Source: Haplodiscus bocki (taxonomy: Eukaryota). From it: DNA of 64,000 nt. The DNA is taken from positions 34,224,001 to 34,288,000 of the forward strand of contig OZ296657.1 in assembly GCA_965655095.1 (NCBI GenBank). The letters run 5' to 3'. The stretch's first letter is position 1. The number at the start of each line of letters is the position of its first letter. Position numbers and translations under genes: made by a program. Below the pieces are notes generated by a model that ran no database searches, had not been told where the DNA came from, and was given only the letters and a program-made list of their open reading frames with translations. Shown here one piece after another: positions 1 to 12,833 of the stretch.

Positions 1-3000
1 CGATGATTGTAAGTAGCAAGGTCAGCAGTCTCGTAATCCAAACTCAGACAGAATGTCCAAAAAAAAACAATCAAATGTCGGTAGTTTTTGGCCGAAATTT
101 TTGAAGTCACTTCAATACAAAAGCGTTGCGAAAGAATAAGAGGCATGAAACGTTCCCTACTCCTTGAAAGTTTTCATAAACTGGCCAAAAATCGTGTAGT
201 AGAGAAGACAATGGAATTGAAATTTATTAAGTAGACAGAGCACAAAAGTAATTCAAAAGTAGCATTACAGTCAGATTGTATAGCTGTAACTTTCAATCTC
301 TGCCCAAAAATAGGCGGAACTTCTCCAACAGGGAACTAGGTTCGAGGTCTAATTAATTAAGATCAAGTAACACATCAATCAAGGATAAAGCTGCTGTCGG
401 TATCAGTCAACCATTTTTTTGCTGTGATGATGAAATCATACCCAAGGGATGAGATTACAGGGTGATTTTCGGAGGCTTTAAAGTTAATTTGAATTCAAGT
501 GGGAGAACATTCTTTGGTGTGTTTTTGCTTCTCACCCAGGGAGAGTTCTCTAGTACTGTTATTCAGTATTTGCGTGCTTTTTCTTTCAGACTAAAACAAC
601 AATATTGATAATTTTGGGCCAAAGAAGAATATTTTGAATATCAGTCTCGTTTCCGCTGAAAACATATTGTTTTCAAGTTTTTATTTTTCTTCTGCGCGTT
701 TTGGAGGTTCTTCGTCAAACCAATTCAAGACTTGCTTTTTGACAGACGATGTGAAGCTATCAAACTTTTTAAATGATAATTTCATAAAATTTTGCTCAGT
801 CAGAGCCAATGTCACGGTTTTTTTCGATTTCACATACTTCCGTTATTTGATTCAAAATTGTTGATTTTGTTGGTTCAATTGTGAATTGTGCTTGGGAAGC
901 TAGTCACTAAATGTGTTCCTCAGGGTTCGACTATAGGGCAAATTTCTTCGAAACCGAGACGACTAGCGGCCATACTGCAATGATTTTTGCAAAGACGTCT
1001 AATAAGCCAGGCATCGAAACTTCGTTGGTGATTTTGGACCATCGAAGTGCAGGGTGAGATCCCATCCAGTCTTGAGTCTCAACACCATTTAGACGGTTGA
1101 TCACAATTGCCGTCAGCGAAAAAGGGTCAAGGTCCGCGACCACAGTAACAGCAGTCCACTGAAGACAACGCTTGAGCAGACGGAGATCGAACATCTGGTC
1201 TTCCACGAGTTTTGAACGATACCCAATGCTCAAGTAGTTTTCCGAATTTTCTGCAAGCACGTGTGACCCATAATGTTTAAAAACGATCGCAACCTTGGGG
1301 CCAGTAGCACCAATGATCTGACCCAACATGGTAGTTCAAGGATTGTGTCGCTACTAACCCGGTTGAGTGCGGCAACAAAAATGCGACGAAATGTGCTCTT
1401 TTCCCACGTCCGCAAAAACACAGATCTCAGCTCCGCGCTCTTCAGTATCCGCACTGCACGAGTCTTGAATTCTAACCCGAAAAACTATCCCTGAAAAAGT
1501 CCGTAGGAACATCCCATTCCAAATGGTTAAGTAAAAATTAACACCAATAAGTCAACGCTTACAGATACGTAGATGTATTACACAAGGAAGTTACTGAGCA
1601 GCACTTCATCGCGAGACCAAGTAACATCATTTTCACCCTAACTGCAGTCAGGTCGAACGGTATCCCGGTTGATGAACACTTTCGTAAGGGCCACCCAATC
1701 GCGACGCTTCGATCAATGACGACAACCTTGCAAGCACTGGCATTATGGTATCCGGAGTAAGAGAATCCTCAACAATGAGGCCCTTGGCAGAAGGATACTC
1801 TCCATCCCGAATGACCAAAGGAGCTCGAAGAATGCGTGCGCTCACGTTGACGCTGTATTTCAAAATCACTGAGGTGGTTTCTCTCGAAGTCCACTACGCG
1901 CTAGCCAGGTGTCTCGAGTCCGAGCTGCTGGCGCTATGAAAAACTTTTGGCATCTTGAAAAGGCCTCAAGACTGGATGGGGGCCCTGTGTCAGTATGTAC
2001 ACGTTTTTTCGCCAGATGCGACAAGAGAAATGGACGGGTTTGCCAAAAACTTCTCTAGCCCCAATGACAAGATATCAACCCACTTCTTCAGCCCCCGCAC
2101 CATCTTTTTCTTATACGTTCGATTCGCACGCAACCGTCGACGGGGCTGGCTGGTTTTCGACTCACCGGCGCTGGTGGTAATGGCCTCCGGAACCTGAGGA
2201 CGAGACGGCGCAACACCGTGTCCCAACTGGCTCAACAGAATCTCTAATTCTGTCAACAGAAAGAACAGAATGACATAAGGAAATTTGTAGAGCTGGTGAA
2301 AAGTGTTAAGACAAAACTTACTTCCCATCAGTGGTTCAAAATTTAAGAACACTCCTCCGCACAAATTGAGCAAGACAAGGTTACAAATTGATGTCCAGTG
2401 GCATTGATCGGTGTTACGGCAAAGTCAACGGAAAAATGATCCAATAAACAGTCAACGGGATCTGGAGCTGCTGAAGAACCAAACTAGGAAAAACCTCATT
2501 CAAATTAAATATTGTCAAACGCCTGCTCGAGCACTTCACTGGTTCGGTCACAGTTTCCCTTTGAGTCTGGATGATCACCTGCTAGCGGCACAAGACGCCG
2601 CAAGACGACAGCGTGTTTGTGTTTCTTATCACTCCTCATCTCAGCATCCGTTGAGATGTCACTGACACTCAAAAAGGCTGGAACTGTAGCAGTTGGGCTT
2701 GTAGAGTAAAAAAATATACGACACTAACCTTCTCCAGTTTTGCCAATATGAACCCATTTTTGCAAAAAACTTGGTGCAATTTTCATATGAACAATGCCAA
2801 AAACATCCTCTCTAGATGTAGCGCGCCCAATCACAAGCTTTGATCCAAAACTCCCCGGAGCACCAGAAGGTATCTCCTGAGGACGAGCAGCAGGCTCTCT
2901 GAAAGATATAATTGCTGAAACACAACAAGTGCATGATGCCATCTTCATGTATAAGCGCGCGCTGTAAATTAGCTTATGGAAATTAGGGATGGCCACCACA

Positions 3001-5859
3001 TCGTCCCTACAAATTAAAAACCAAAGACAATGAAGATTGAAGACTAACACGGTGGCAATTGATGTGTATTTATGACACCTTGCTAAAGATTCTCAGACAA
3101 TTTTTCTGTCTGCTGCAAGAAGTCGGCGAACGTGAATTTTTGTGATTCACCTTCATTTTCTGTATCCATGCCGCCCATAATAAGAACAAACCTTGTCTCT
3201 TCACCCTCAACGTCTTTTTTTGTGTGGAACCAACATTGTTGACAGCTCCTGCCTCATCACTCAGTTGTTCAAGTAGTCAATTTACGCACTCGTCTCTTTT
3301 CTGGCAGCTATACTCAAATCGTTGACAACGGGAGGATTAGGGTACAAACCTCTCGCAGCAGCTTTTTCCTATAATACGAGTTCTCTTTTATCAATACTTG
3401 AGATACTCACAGCAACAGAGGAAGTGACTCCTGCTTCCTTAGAGGAACTCGTCCTCGCACAACAACGAATGGCGAGGTTTTTACATCGTGGACTTATATT
3501 TCATTCATTAACAATTCATACCATTTGTTCGAAGTCCAACTAATTTGTATGCCAGCAATGATGTCAAAACGTAATTTCCAGGACACATTGAGGAACAATA
3601 CTCAAGTGTTCTTCAATTTTAAAACTCTTCATCTTCAATGTTTTTACAAAATATCAACTGCGATTAGTATCACTAAACAATTGACATCTCGAATCCAATC
3701 CAATCTTTCACCGCGGGAACATCAAAGGATTTTTCGCTTGGTGGGTCTTTCCTCTGCTTTGAGTACTTCTCCAGGCGCTCATTCAAGTCAATTTCTCAAT
3801 TTCAATAGTTAACTTGCAACTTTCATTTCCTATAAAAAGGATCAACGACAAATCATTCAAAACAAAAAACTGAGATGAATTCCATAGAGAACAATCATTG
3901 GGTCAGCAGATCCTTCCCTGCAAAATTACCCCCGAAGTACTGAAATTAACGGAACTTTCCAGGGCAACTGCGAGAAAAGTTAGTACAACTTCAACCGTGG
4001 CCTTTCGGGAAACACATAGTATCACTATTAACTCTGACACAAACGACCGAACCATCTCTTCAAGCTATGGGATGCAAGATCCAATAATTCCCCCAGCTTG
4101 GAGAACTTCAATTTACCGCCCAATCTTTTCAACTTTCTTGCAACGATGACAATTGTACCACACACAGGGCCTCAATACGACAACAGAGACAGATCCCAAT
4201 CACCGGAGCGGTCAGATTTGTCTCCAATTTCAACAACCCCGATGAATATTAGCACAGTTGAAAAATAGAAGACGTCATCAGACGCAAGCACTGTCCACCT
4301 GCAGGTTGATCCCCGAAGAATAGTTTTATTGTCATAGACCCCAGCTACGCCACCACCCAAAAAACAGCAACGAAGTCTCAGCCTATGCACGTTTTTTGCA
4401 AAAAGAGGGGAAGTGTCGCAGCAAATTTTTGAAGAATGCCGGTTAGTGCTGCCGGAAAAAAAACGACATTCCAGGTCCTTCCACAAATAAAATTGAGACG
4501 CTGCAAACATTCACTTTTGCATGTTTAATTGATTTAATGGAATTGATTCGTCGTGTTCACGTATCGCTCATTATAATTTTCTTCATGTAAATAATACGTA
4601 GTGTCTACGTAACTTTCCTTGAAAATGTGTTCATGAAAGTAGCATGTAACGTATACGTGCAATTCCGGTGTTTTGATCCAGATTGTGACCCAACCGTTAC
4701 GGAACAAACGGATACTCACTTGCTCTATTAGTTGGACTTTCATACTATTGGAAGGTGCTTTTTTGCTATTTAAATTATGTACTTATTAAAATGAATCCAC
4801 CTGCCCACCAATCAGAGCACTAAATTATATTTGAACGGAAATTATCATTAAGTCTGGTGTGTATACAACTGCGAAAGATAGAGCGTGAAATTGAAAGTGA
4901 GTTTTTGTTCGGTACGTGTCCCGTCTCTACATATATTGAGACGTCAATAGAAGTTAGTCGAAACCGCTATGCTGCTATGCTGCGTCAATTTGGGCGAACA
5001 CAGAACGGTCCCGTGGCCACTCATTTCTTTTTTTTTCAGCAACACTGCAACGAGCAGTGCTACAGGTAACAAAGTAGCCGTTCCTGCATGCTTTGGCTGA
5101 AATAAGGAACGATCTAGTAAAACTGAGGAACGAATTAGTAACAAACCTAGTTGCGCTCCAAGAACGCAATTGAACGACGCACAGTGAAACCATTTGTATG
5201 TTTATTTTTATGACATATAATCGCGTGTTTCACTTACTTTTTTATTTTTTTTTTGAACTTTTTATTCTTTTCCTAGCATGAAAAACATTGTTGATACTGT
5301 TCTATGTACTAGTATTTATTGTGTAGGCACAGGAAAAAACACTATGATGTCCACCTCTCACGGCTCAGGCCCGCATATTTTCCGTCGTGAGATGGAAAAG
5401 ACCCATGGTGGAAGAGGTCGATGGAAAAAATTTTCCTTCCCGTCAGAGCCGGCATTTTTGCTTTGTTGTTAATAGGATTAAAGTTTTTTTCCTTCTTTTT
5501 ACTTCGACGTGGCGTGTAAACAATTATGTTTTCCGACAAAAAAAAAGTTCAAAAAGGAGAAACGAAAGTCATGGTAAGTATATATATTTTGTATTTTTGA
5601 AACTTTAACCCTATTTGGTAATGAACTGTTTTTGATTGGAAATTTTTCATTTTGAAGAAAAAGAAAACGAAAAGGAATTTAATTTCTCTGATGAGGAGCA
5701 CTTAAACAATTATGGAAAAAAACAAATATATAAATAACAGTAATTGCTTTTAGATATATTTTAAACGTAGCACCATCAAAGAGACCCACCAAAGTATGAA
5801 GTGACGACCCGACTAAAGTAACAGCGCATGATGAGATATCTCATTGAAAAATTCCAGTT

Positions 5860-8800
5860 TAAAATCGATCTTTTACTTTCACATGTTGCATGTGTTTTAT
5901 TGTTTCACGATAAATTCTTAACGAATAATCAACTTTACCCAAACTTGTTTCTACTAAGTAATTGATCAGCTTTGCACCGTTGTAACGCAAAGAAATATGA
6001 CTAACAGAGCAGAATCCATTTGGAAAAGAAAAACGGTTAAGTTGAGTTTTTCTGATTTGAACAATAGACACTTCGCACTCAAATAACAAGTTCAGACATC
6101 AGTTAGTACAACACTACGAACTGATCTAAGAAGAAAGTTTGGAAGCTCAACCGTATAATAGTCATACACATTTGAGACATTTGATTCTTCAGAAATTTCT
6201 GCAGACGGATAATAACAATTTTTAAAGCAAATTTGTCTTAGTAGCTTTTTCTGTAGAATAAAAGTAGGTTTTAAAGAGTTGTTCGAAATACACCCATAAC
6301 TTAACAGACCATATCGAATAACAGTTTTAATTGAAGTATTATAGTACTAGAGAAGCACAGGCAAATTAATATAAGGTCCTCATCGTGATAACACTGAGGA
6401 AATTTTGATTCTTTTTTAGCTACCTCAACAATATCAAAACTAAAGTTTAAAAGTTTATCGATTAAAAAGCCAAGATACTTTACACAAATACTCCGCTCAA
6501 TGCTGGAATCTGATAAATGAATCTTTTCGCCCTGATTTTTTTAAAAGGTTATGACTTCAGTTTTTGCCAATAATTAGAACACGCTTATTGACAAATAACT
6601 ATTTCAGAACAATTTCCATGAAGTTATTTAGCAAAAACAATTCATCCTGATTTTTACGATGAAAAAGATTCATGTCGTCAGCAAAAAAAGTAGTGTTAGG
6701 AAATTCATGAGAACCTGGTAGACCATTGATGTGTTTTAAAAACTGTAGAGGCCCAAGAATAGAGCCTTGCACTACTCCTACCAGCGGGTACAGGAAATCC
6801 AAAAGTAAATCTTGTACTTGAACACACTGACGTTGATCTTTTAAATATGATTCAACCATGTTAAACAAATTCCTCTGACACTATGTTTTTTCGAGTTGAT
6901 CTAATAAAGTTTCATGATTGATTGAGCCAAATGCTTTGCGCAAATCAAGCAAAATACATGTAAGGTATCAGTACTCACTTGCCTAATTTGTTCTGGAACT
7001 TCAACAAGAGCGTCGATAGTACTTCGCTAACATCGAAAACCAAACTGCTTTGAATAAAACATATTCTATTTATCGAAAATTGTATATGACTGTTCATACA
7101 TGTTTTTCTCGATTACTGTATTAAAAGCTGGTAAAATCGAAACGACCTATAGTTTCTGATATTCGTTATGTCAGTCGCCTTGTCTAAAGGATATCCTTTT
7201 GCATTCTTTAGAAACTTCGGTAACCAACCGCGTGATGAAGATAGATTTAGAAAGTCAAATAAAATGAAAAAAAAAACCGGAAGTGATGTTTTAAGCACTT
7301 CAGCTGACACACTATCAATTCTAACAGCTTGATTGTTTTTCAAATTACCTACCCTTTTAAAAACCTCATTCATATTAGTTGGGAAAGCAAACAAAAACCT
7401 ATCAATTTTTATAACATTCATTAGGCTCCTGTGTTGTTGGACCTTCAACAGTAGTTGCAAAGTTTAGAAACTTTTTGTTGAACATTTCCGCAACACCTGT
7501 CGGTGCACAACTTAAGGAGGCTTTTTTGTCATTGTTCGTTATCGGGTTTAATTTTACCCTTCTTTTATTTGTCTTTTCATAAAGCGTCCTGTAGAACCTT
7601 TTTAGTGTATTCATACAACTTTAAAAGACGTTTGAAAATGATAACATTAGTCTTCTTTAAAAAAACAACTTGTTTTTCGACTAATTTTTAGGAGCCCGTT
7701 TTATTCGAAGCAGTTGGTATTTCTATAAAACGCTTCAATGCCTTCCTTACTGATAGCATTTTTAACGTCATTGATAAACCATCGTGGTTTACGTTGTTTC
7801 TTCTTGCATTGGCTCACAGAACTGCATAGTTCAATACTACAATACTATTTTGTATGGATTCTAAAAACATTTAATATTGCTCAACAAGGTCATCATACAG
7901 ACTGGGCATTTACAGTTCATTCGAAAGTAATTCCAAATAAGCTTGTCTTGAAAAATCAATTTAAATAAAAGGAAAGACTCTAAAAGTAGTTCTAGTGTCA
8001 TCATATTCTTTAAAAGAGAATGGCAAATTCACGAAAGTAGCACAGTGGCAAGGTAAACCAGCATCAAGTATACCACTGTCAGGATAGTCAGAGAAATGAT
8101 TATGAAAGCCATGATCGATGAGAGTTGCCGATTCTATGGTATTTCGTGTTGCAGTCGTTAGTTGTTGCGTCATTCCGTTATACCGGAATAAAATTGAATC
8201 TTTACTACAAAAACTGTTTTGTTTCAGAAAACCATTATTTTCATCGCCTACAAAAAAAATTGGTGAGCCCAATAAACTGGAAATGTCATTTAGTAACAAA
8301 TCAATCTTCTTCAATTTTGAAGAATGTCGGAAGGACGGATTGATGTACATGCAAACCACAAAAAGACATTAGTTTTTCTTATTCATTGCTTCAATAATTT
8401 ATTGACAGAGTTTTGTTTTAGTGCATACAACTTCATAGTTGATGGATTTGTGTGCATAAACGACTACAAAGTCTTTTTTATTGAAGCCCGGATGAAATAT
8501 CGGGGCAAGTAGAAGGTTTAAGTGTAACATTTGAAGTTCGTTTACAGTTGATAACCATGCTTATGACAAACGAACAACAGATCGATTTTTTTTGCCGAAA
8601 GTTTCTGAGTAGAGCACTAAGTTATCAAAGTTTTTAGTAAGCGAACTAACATTGACGTGAAAATTGCCTTCATTGCCCTCTCGATTTGCTTTAGTGTCTT
8701 TGCTGATTGTTTTTTTACCTTCATTTGTATAAATGGGTAGGGTCGTTTTTTTGAAAAGTCCGCTACCGAAAATGCCCACACTCGTTACGTACAGAATCAA

Positions 8801-8900
8801 CAAATTCCTTGTCCCCTTCATGTAAATCAATTAAAAACTGACTTCTTTCATCGTCGCTTTTTTGGCCTGCAATAGTGTTGCATCGCCATTGATAGAACTA
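5860..8900 (-). mobile_element. Decayed non-LTR retrotransposon (CR1/L2-like LINE): APE endonuclease + reverse transcriptase
   Basis: Minus-strand fragments are in ORF2 order. APE: FHVNVSSLTKNFDNL (~8660) and FFVGDEN...ATRNTIESATLIDH...DAGLPCHC (7961-8359). RT: LKNNQAVRIDSVSAEVLK...NIRNYRS (7113-7460) and GVVQGSILGPLQFLKHINGL...FFADDMNL (6599-6868). Many stops and frameshifts; ends are approximate. Confidence 0.9.
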
Positions 8901-8983
8901 CATTTTGTTTCAATAAAAATTCATTTTCCCGGAATAGAATTTTTCAGTCGTCACAACTGTTGAGCTTTCCCACTTCTGAAAGT

Positions 8984-9372
8984 ATGGCAACGCTGAGAAA
9001 CAAGCGAAAAGTGGCAGCTGTTTCAGGAGAAGCCCACCAGGAACAGCAAATCGCAGCAAATGTTCCTTCCAGGGTTCACCGAAGAGTTTACACAAGTTTC
9101 GGAGTAGATTGAAGGCAGGGTGACTAAGGAAGTGTGCCAGGATTTCAGCAGAACAGAGTCACCTATTTTGGGGGCTCTGTCCAAGTTAGACGAATTGCTC
9201 TGGCACCCGCAAGTACGGACACTTTCCAGAACCGTTACGGGAAGCTCCCGGAACAATGAATTAGAAAACCGGGAACCCACTGGGGATCGTTTGAGTGATC
9301 CCTCACCCGAAGTGGAGTTCTCAAGTCGAACCAGCAATTTAGTTGACCGAGACAAGGAGGAGACCTCTCACA
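8984..9372 (+). mobile_element. Disrupted gag/ORF1-like coiled-coil fragment of an unclassified repeat
   Basis: GC-richer island starting MATLRNKRKVAAVS and continuing after disruption as EGRVTKEVCQDFSRTESPILGALSKLDELL...NRE PTGDR. No catalytic motif is visible, so the family is a guess. Confidence 0.35.
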
Positions 9373-10032
9373 GTTCCCTATTGGAATATGAATTACTTAA
9401 AATTTTAGTTTTTTTAAAAAAATTTCTGTCAACTGCCTGTGCCTTCCTATCTACGTTTCAATGCGTCACATGACATCATTATTGGGGTGAAAACATAACG
9501 CTTCAATCTATGAACGCTTTGAGTCTTCAGCGACAACGTCAAACTTCAGCAGCGATATAATTTTTTTTCTCAAAAGTTTACAATTGAAATTTTCATATAT
9601 TTTTGTTCTTCTGTTTGCTGATATTTTTCCCGAATCAGACGCCATTTGCGCTCAGAAATGATCTGGCATGCGCTTCACCGTCAATGATTTTTATGACAGC
9701 TTGTCCGATGAGAGGTCTGTGAAGCTTTCAGTGTATTGATTTCGCTCAAGATTGCTGCAGACTTTCTCAGCCTTCATTGCAGCTGTTCAAAAAATTAACA
9801 ACCTTTGTTTTCTGACACTTGCTGAACAACTCCCTCTTGAAACGTAACTAGCTTTCAATTTAGAGTCCAATGGAGAATATCATTATTTGAGAAAAAAACT
9901 GAAATCGAAAAATAACAGGATATTTTGTGCTATTTTGAATGGTTTGTTGCGGAAACTGAAATGAGACACCAAAATCAGCTCCAGAGCCAGAGAGACGCCA
10001 CGCCCAGAATGGATTCCATTGAAAGAGTCCCT

Positions 10033-10224
10033 CAGTATCCTGGTAAATTTACAGACAAGCTAGCCAGAGTATTGAAATCAAACGGTGTCTAGCCTGTCAT
10101 GACCCTCAGGAAATTAGTGACTTGCATGCCTATGGAAGACGTCCATTCCGCCAATGCACAGAAGTCGAGTGGCAATGCTGGATCTGTAGGGCAAACTACC
10201 CGTCATCTGACCACCCAGTTTCGA
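10033..10224 (+). mobile_element. Penelope-like element remnant (RT/GIY-YIG linker and partial GIY-YIG)
   Basis: Translates as QYPGKFTDKLARVLKSNGV*PVMTLRKLVTCMP and then SVGQTTRHLTTQF, resembling the GIY-YIG YVGQTxRxLxxR motif. Confidence 0.6.
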
Positions 10225-11626
10225 AGATTCTCAATGTATCATGATTTTTTCGCATACATTCTTTTTAATTTTAGTTGATTTTGATATTGATAATTTTTTC
10301 TCAGCAACTACAAAGTTGATTTTGTTGCTTAAATTCTCAATCACATTTTAGCTATCAATGACAATGATCTAGTGCAATGATTGCGTTTTGCATTCAATTT
10401 AGAAAAACTAAAATGCCAGAGAAGTCACTTTTGAAAACAGATTTGAAAATTTGAAAGTAATGTTTGTCACACTTCAATATTCAAACCCCAAAGAGGGTTT
10501 TCTTGGTGGAAAAACGCCAAGTGCAAAAAATGTAATATCGGCTAAAATAGTATCGCACTTTCCCGGTACATCGAATGTTGCGATATTTTTACATCAATGT
10601 TTGATAAGACATTACGTACATTTAACTTATTTCGTGAAAGAAAATTGAATTACCGTTTTTTCCAAAAACTAGCCCTTTCGGTTAAAAACTAGATTGAATT
10701 GCAAAGGATGCTAGCTTTGGGATAGTCCATTGCAACACTTGCCTCGCTCTGACAACTCGTGTATCCGACAGTTGTTTTAAGAGATACTGGCAGCTTCTGG
10801 AGTTGATGAAGAAACGAAATCCTACAAGGTCAACGTAAAACTCAACGTGAATTTTTGGAGCAAGTGTTATTCTATTTTCACAGAGAAATTTAACTACAGA
10901 AAAGCATTGTGGTGATTAACTTCCATTTTATGCTGCAAATTTGCCTACTTTGCCCAGTAAATAAATTGCAATTTCCAGAAATATCCTACTGGTGAAAAAG
11001 CGCATTTTAGCCGAAGCTGTTATTTTATACCTTTTCGACGGAAAATTTAATACAATTTAGTTGAGCAATTTTTATACAAGCAATTTTTACTATTCGTGCA
11101 ATTTGTATGTGTCATTTAATATAAACCTGAATGTTGAATGGATGATTTTCCTTCCATATATGAAAACGGGTAGAAAATAATGAAAGCAGCCCTTGAATTG
11201 ATACTCGAAAACCGCATCTAAATTACATTGATTGAAATAAAAGTTGTGGCTTCTAATAAAAGAAACGCGAAAGATGTCTTCAAAATTCGATGTGCAGTTT
11301 GTGAAAGGGCGCTTGGGTGAATGTTCGAGTTTTAGCGATATATAAATATTACTAACTTTGAACTGTTGTGAATTGCAATTTATTTGAGTTTTCATCGATA
11401 CGTTGTCAGAAAAGTTCAACATGTGGAATAATGAATTCACATTAATTGGCAATTTATAATTCGAAACGTAAAATCTAATCTATCAACATGAAAAGTACTT
11501 AAAGTTCACAGGGCAATGAAGTTCCATGTGAAGTATGGTTTAGAGGTTATGATTTACAAACAATTTCATATTGTTTCAATTTGCAATGTTTTTAAAAAGT
11601 ATTCTTGTGGCCTTGCATTTGTCTGA

Positions 11627-12833
11627 TCATGGATTTGTGATTTGCTTTTCACTCTCTTGGTGGACAACCCGGAACCCTTTGAGAAGCGCATTTGAAAACA
11701 GAAAATAGCAAAGTCGTACAATAAACAATGTTTTGGTTGGAAAAAAAGCAGTTTCGGTGCGGGTTTCAGTTGCTTCCAAGATTCTCGCCGCTGCAACTTT
11801 TGTGGGTAGGATGAATTGACGAAGAAGCAAATTGTTGACCAACTTTTGCACATTTTGCACGTGTTTTCCAATAGCCCCCTGGATGGATTCAGTTGTGACC
11901 AGCCCAAGATATACTTGTGTGATTGTGATTCTCGAGTTTTGTTCCAAAAGTTCCTCTCTGTAGGACAGAAAGAAGGAATGCAGAGCTGATTTAGTTGCGG
12001 CGTATGTATTGCTTTTGAACATTGGCACTATAGCTGCGATAGAATTCACTATACAGATTTTTCCAGCAGATGCTTCTAGAATATTCCGGAAGTAGGACGC
12101 TATGTAGACATAGCTCATGTAGTTCACTAGCGTCTTTTCCTCCAACTCCCCGAAGTCTTGCTCCTCCTTCCAGTGGGAATTTCCATCTAAGGAAGGTAAA
12201 AGCACGTGGTTCAGAACTAGGGTGTCAACGTGACCCAGAGTTTTCACGGTGAAATCACGCAGCTCCCGGGCTGATTCCCGTCCCCCAAGTTTCAAGGGGA
12301 ACACATAGACCTCCTCAGCCCCTGCTTGTCGGCATTCCTGCGCCACTACAGACAAGGTAGATATGTTAGTGGCTGTTAAGATTAGTCTCGCTCCTTGGGA
12401 GGCATAGCGAAGAGCTGTCTCACGGCCTATTCCTCGTGAAGCACCTGTGATTACCACGTGTGTATCCTGCAAAGAGGAAGAACATTTTAATTTCTAAAAA
12501 AAGCGAGATTTGAAAACGCTAGGGAAAATGCTCAGTTTCATATAGATTTATGTGAATGTTGAATTGTAACATTTTACTTTAAATATTAAAATTTAAATTA
12601 AACGTGTGAATCGTCCTCCTTCAGTATGGACGTTGATATTAGCTTCAACGCTTATTTAGTTTACGAAATGTTTTATTCAGTTGTATGGGTTTAGCTATGG
12701 GTTTACTTACTTTCAGGGAAAAGTTCTTCTTTGCGAAGATCTTTATAATCAGAAACACCACAGCAGTTAGCATTATAATTGGAAGCGCGGTTATAAGAAA
12801 TGTAGATGATGTAGCTATTTTCAAGTCAAGCAT
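11627..12833 (-). CDS. Short-chain dehydrogenase/reductase, 11-beta-hydroxysteroid dehydrogenase (HSD11B1/HSD11B1L)-like; two exons, ~320 aa
   Basis: Exon 1 (12833-12711) encodes a hydrophobic N-terminal anchor and ends AAA|GTAAGT. The 244-bp phase-0 intron ends tttgcag|GAT. Exon 2 is 12466-11627. The spliced junction reads NFSLK-DTHVVITGASRGIG (TGxxxGxG). Also present: LVLNH (NH typical of 11b-HSD1-like enzymes), VNY, catalytic Ser (VNSIA) and YAATK. Confidence 0.9.
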
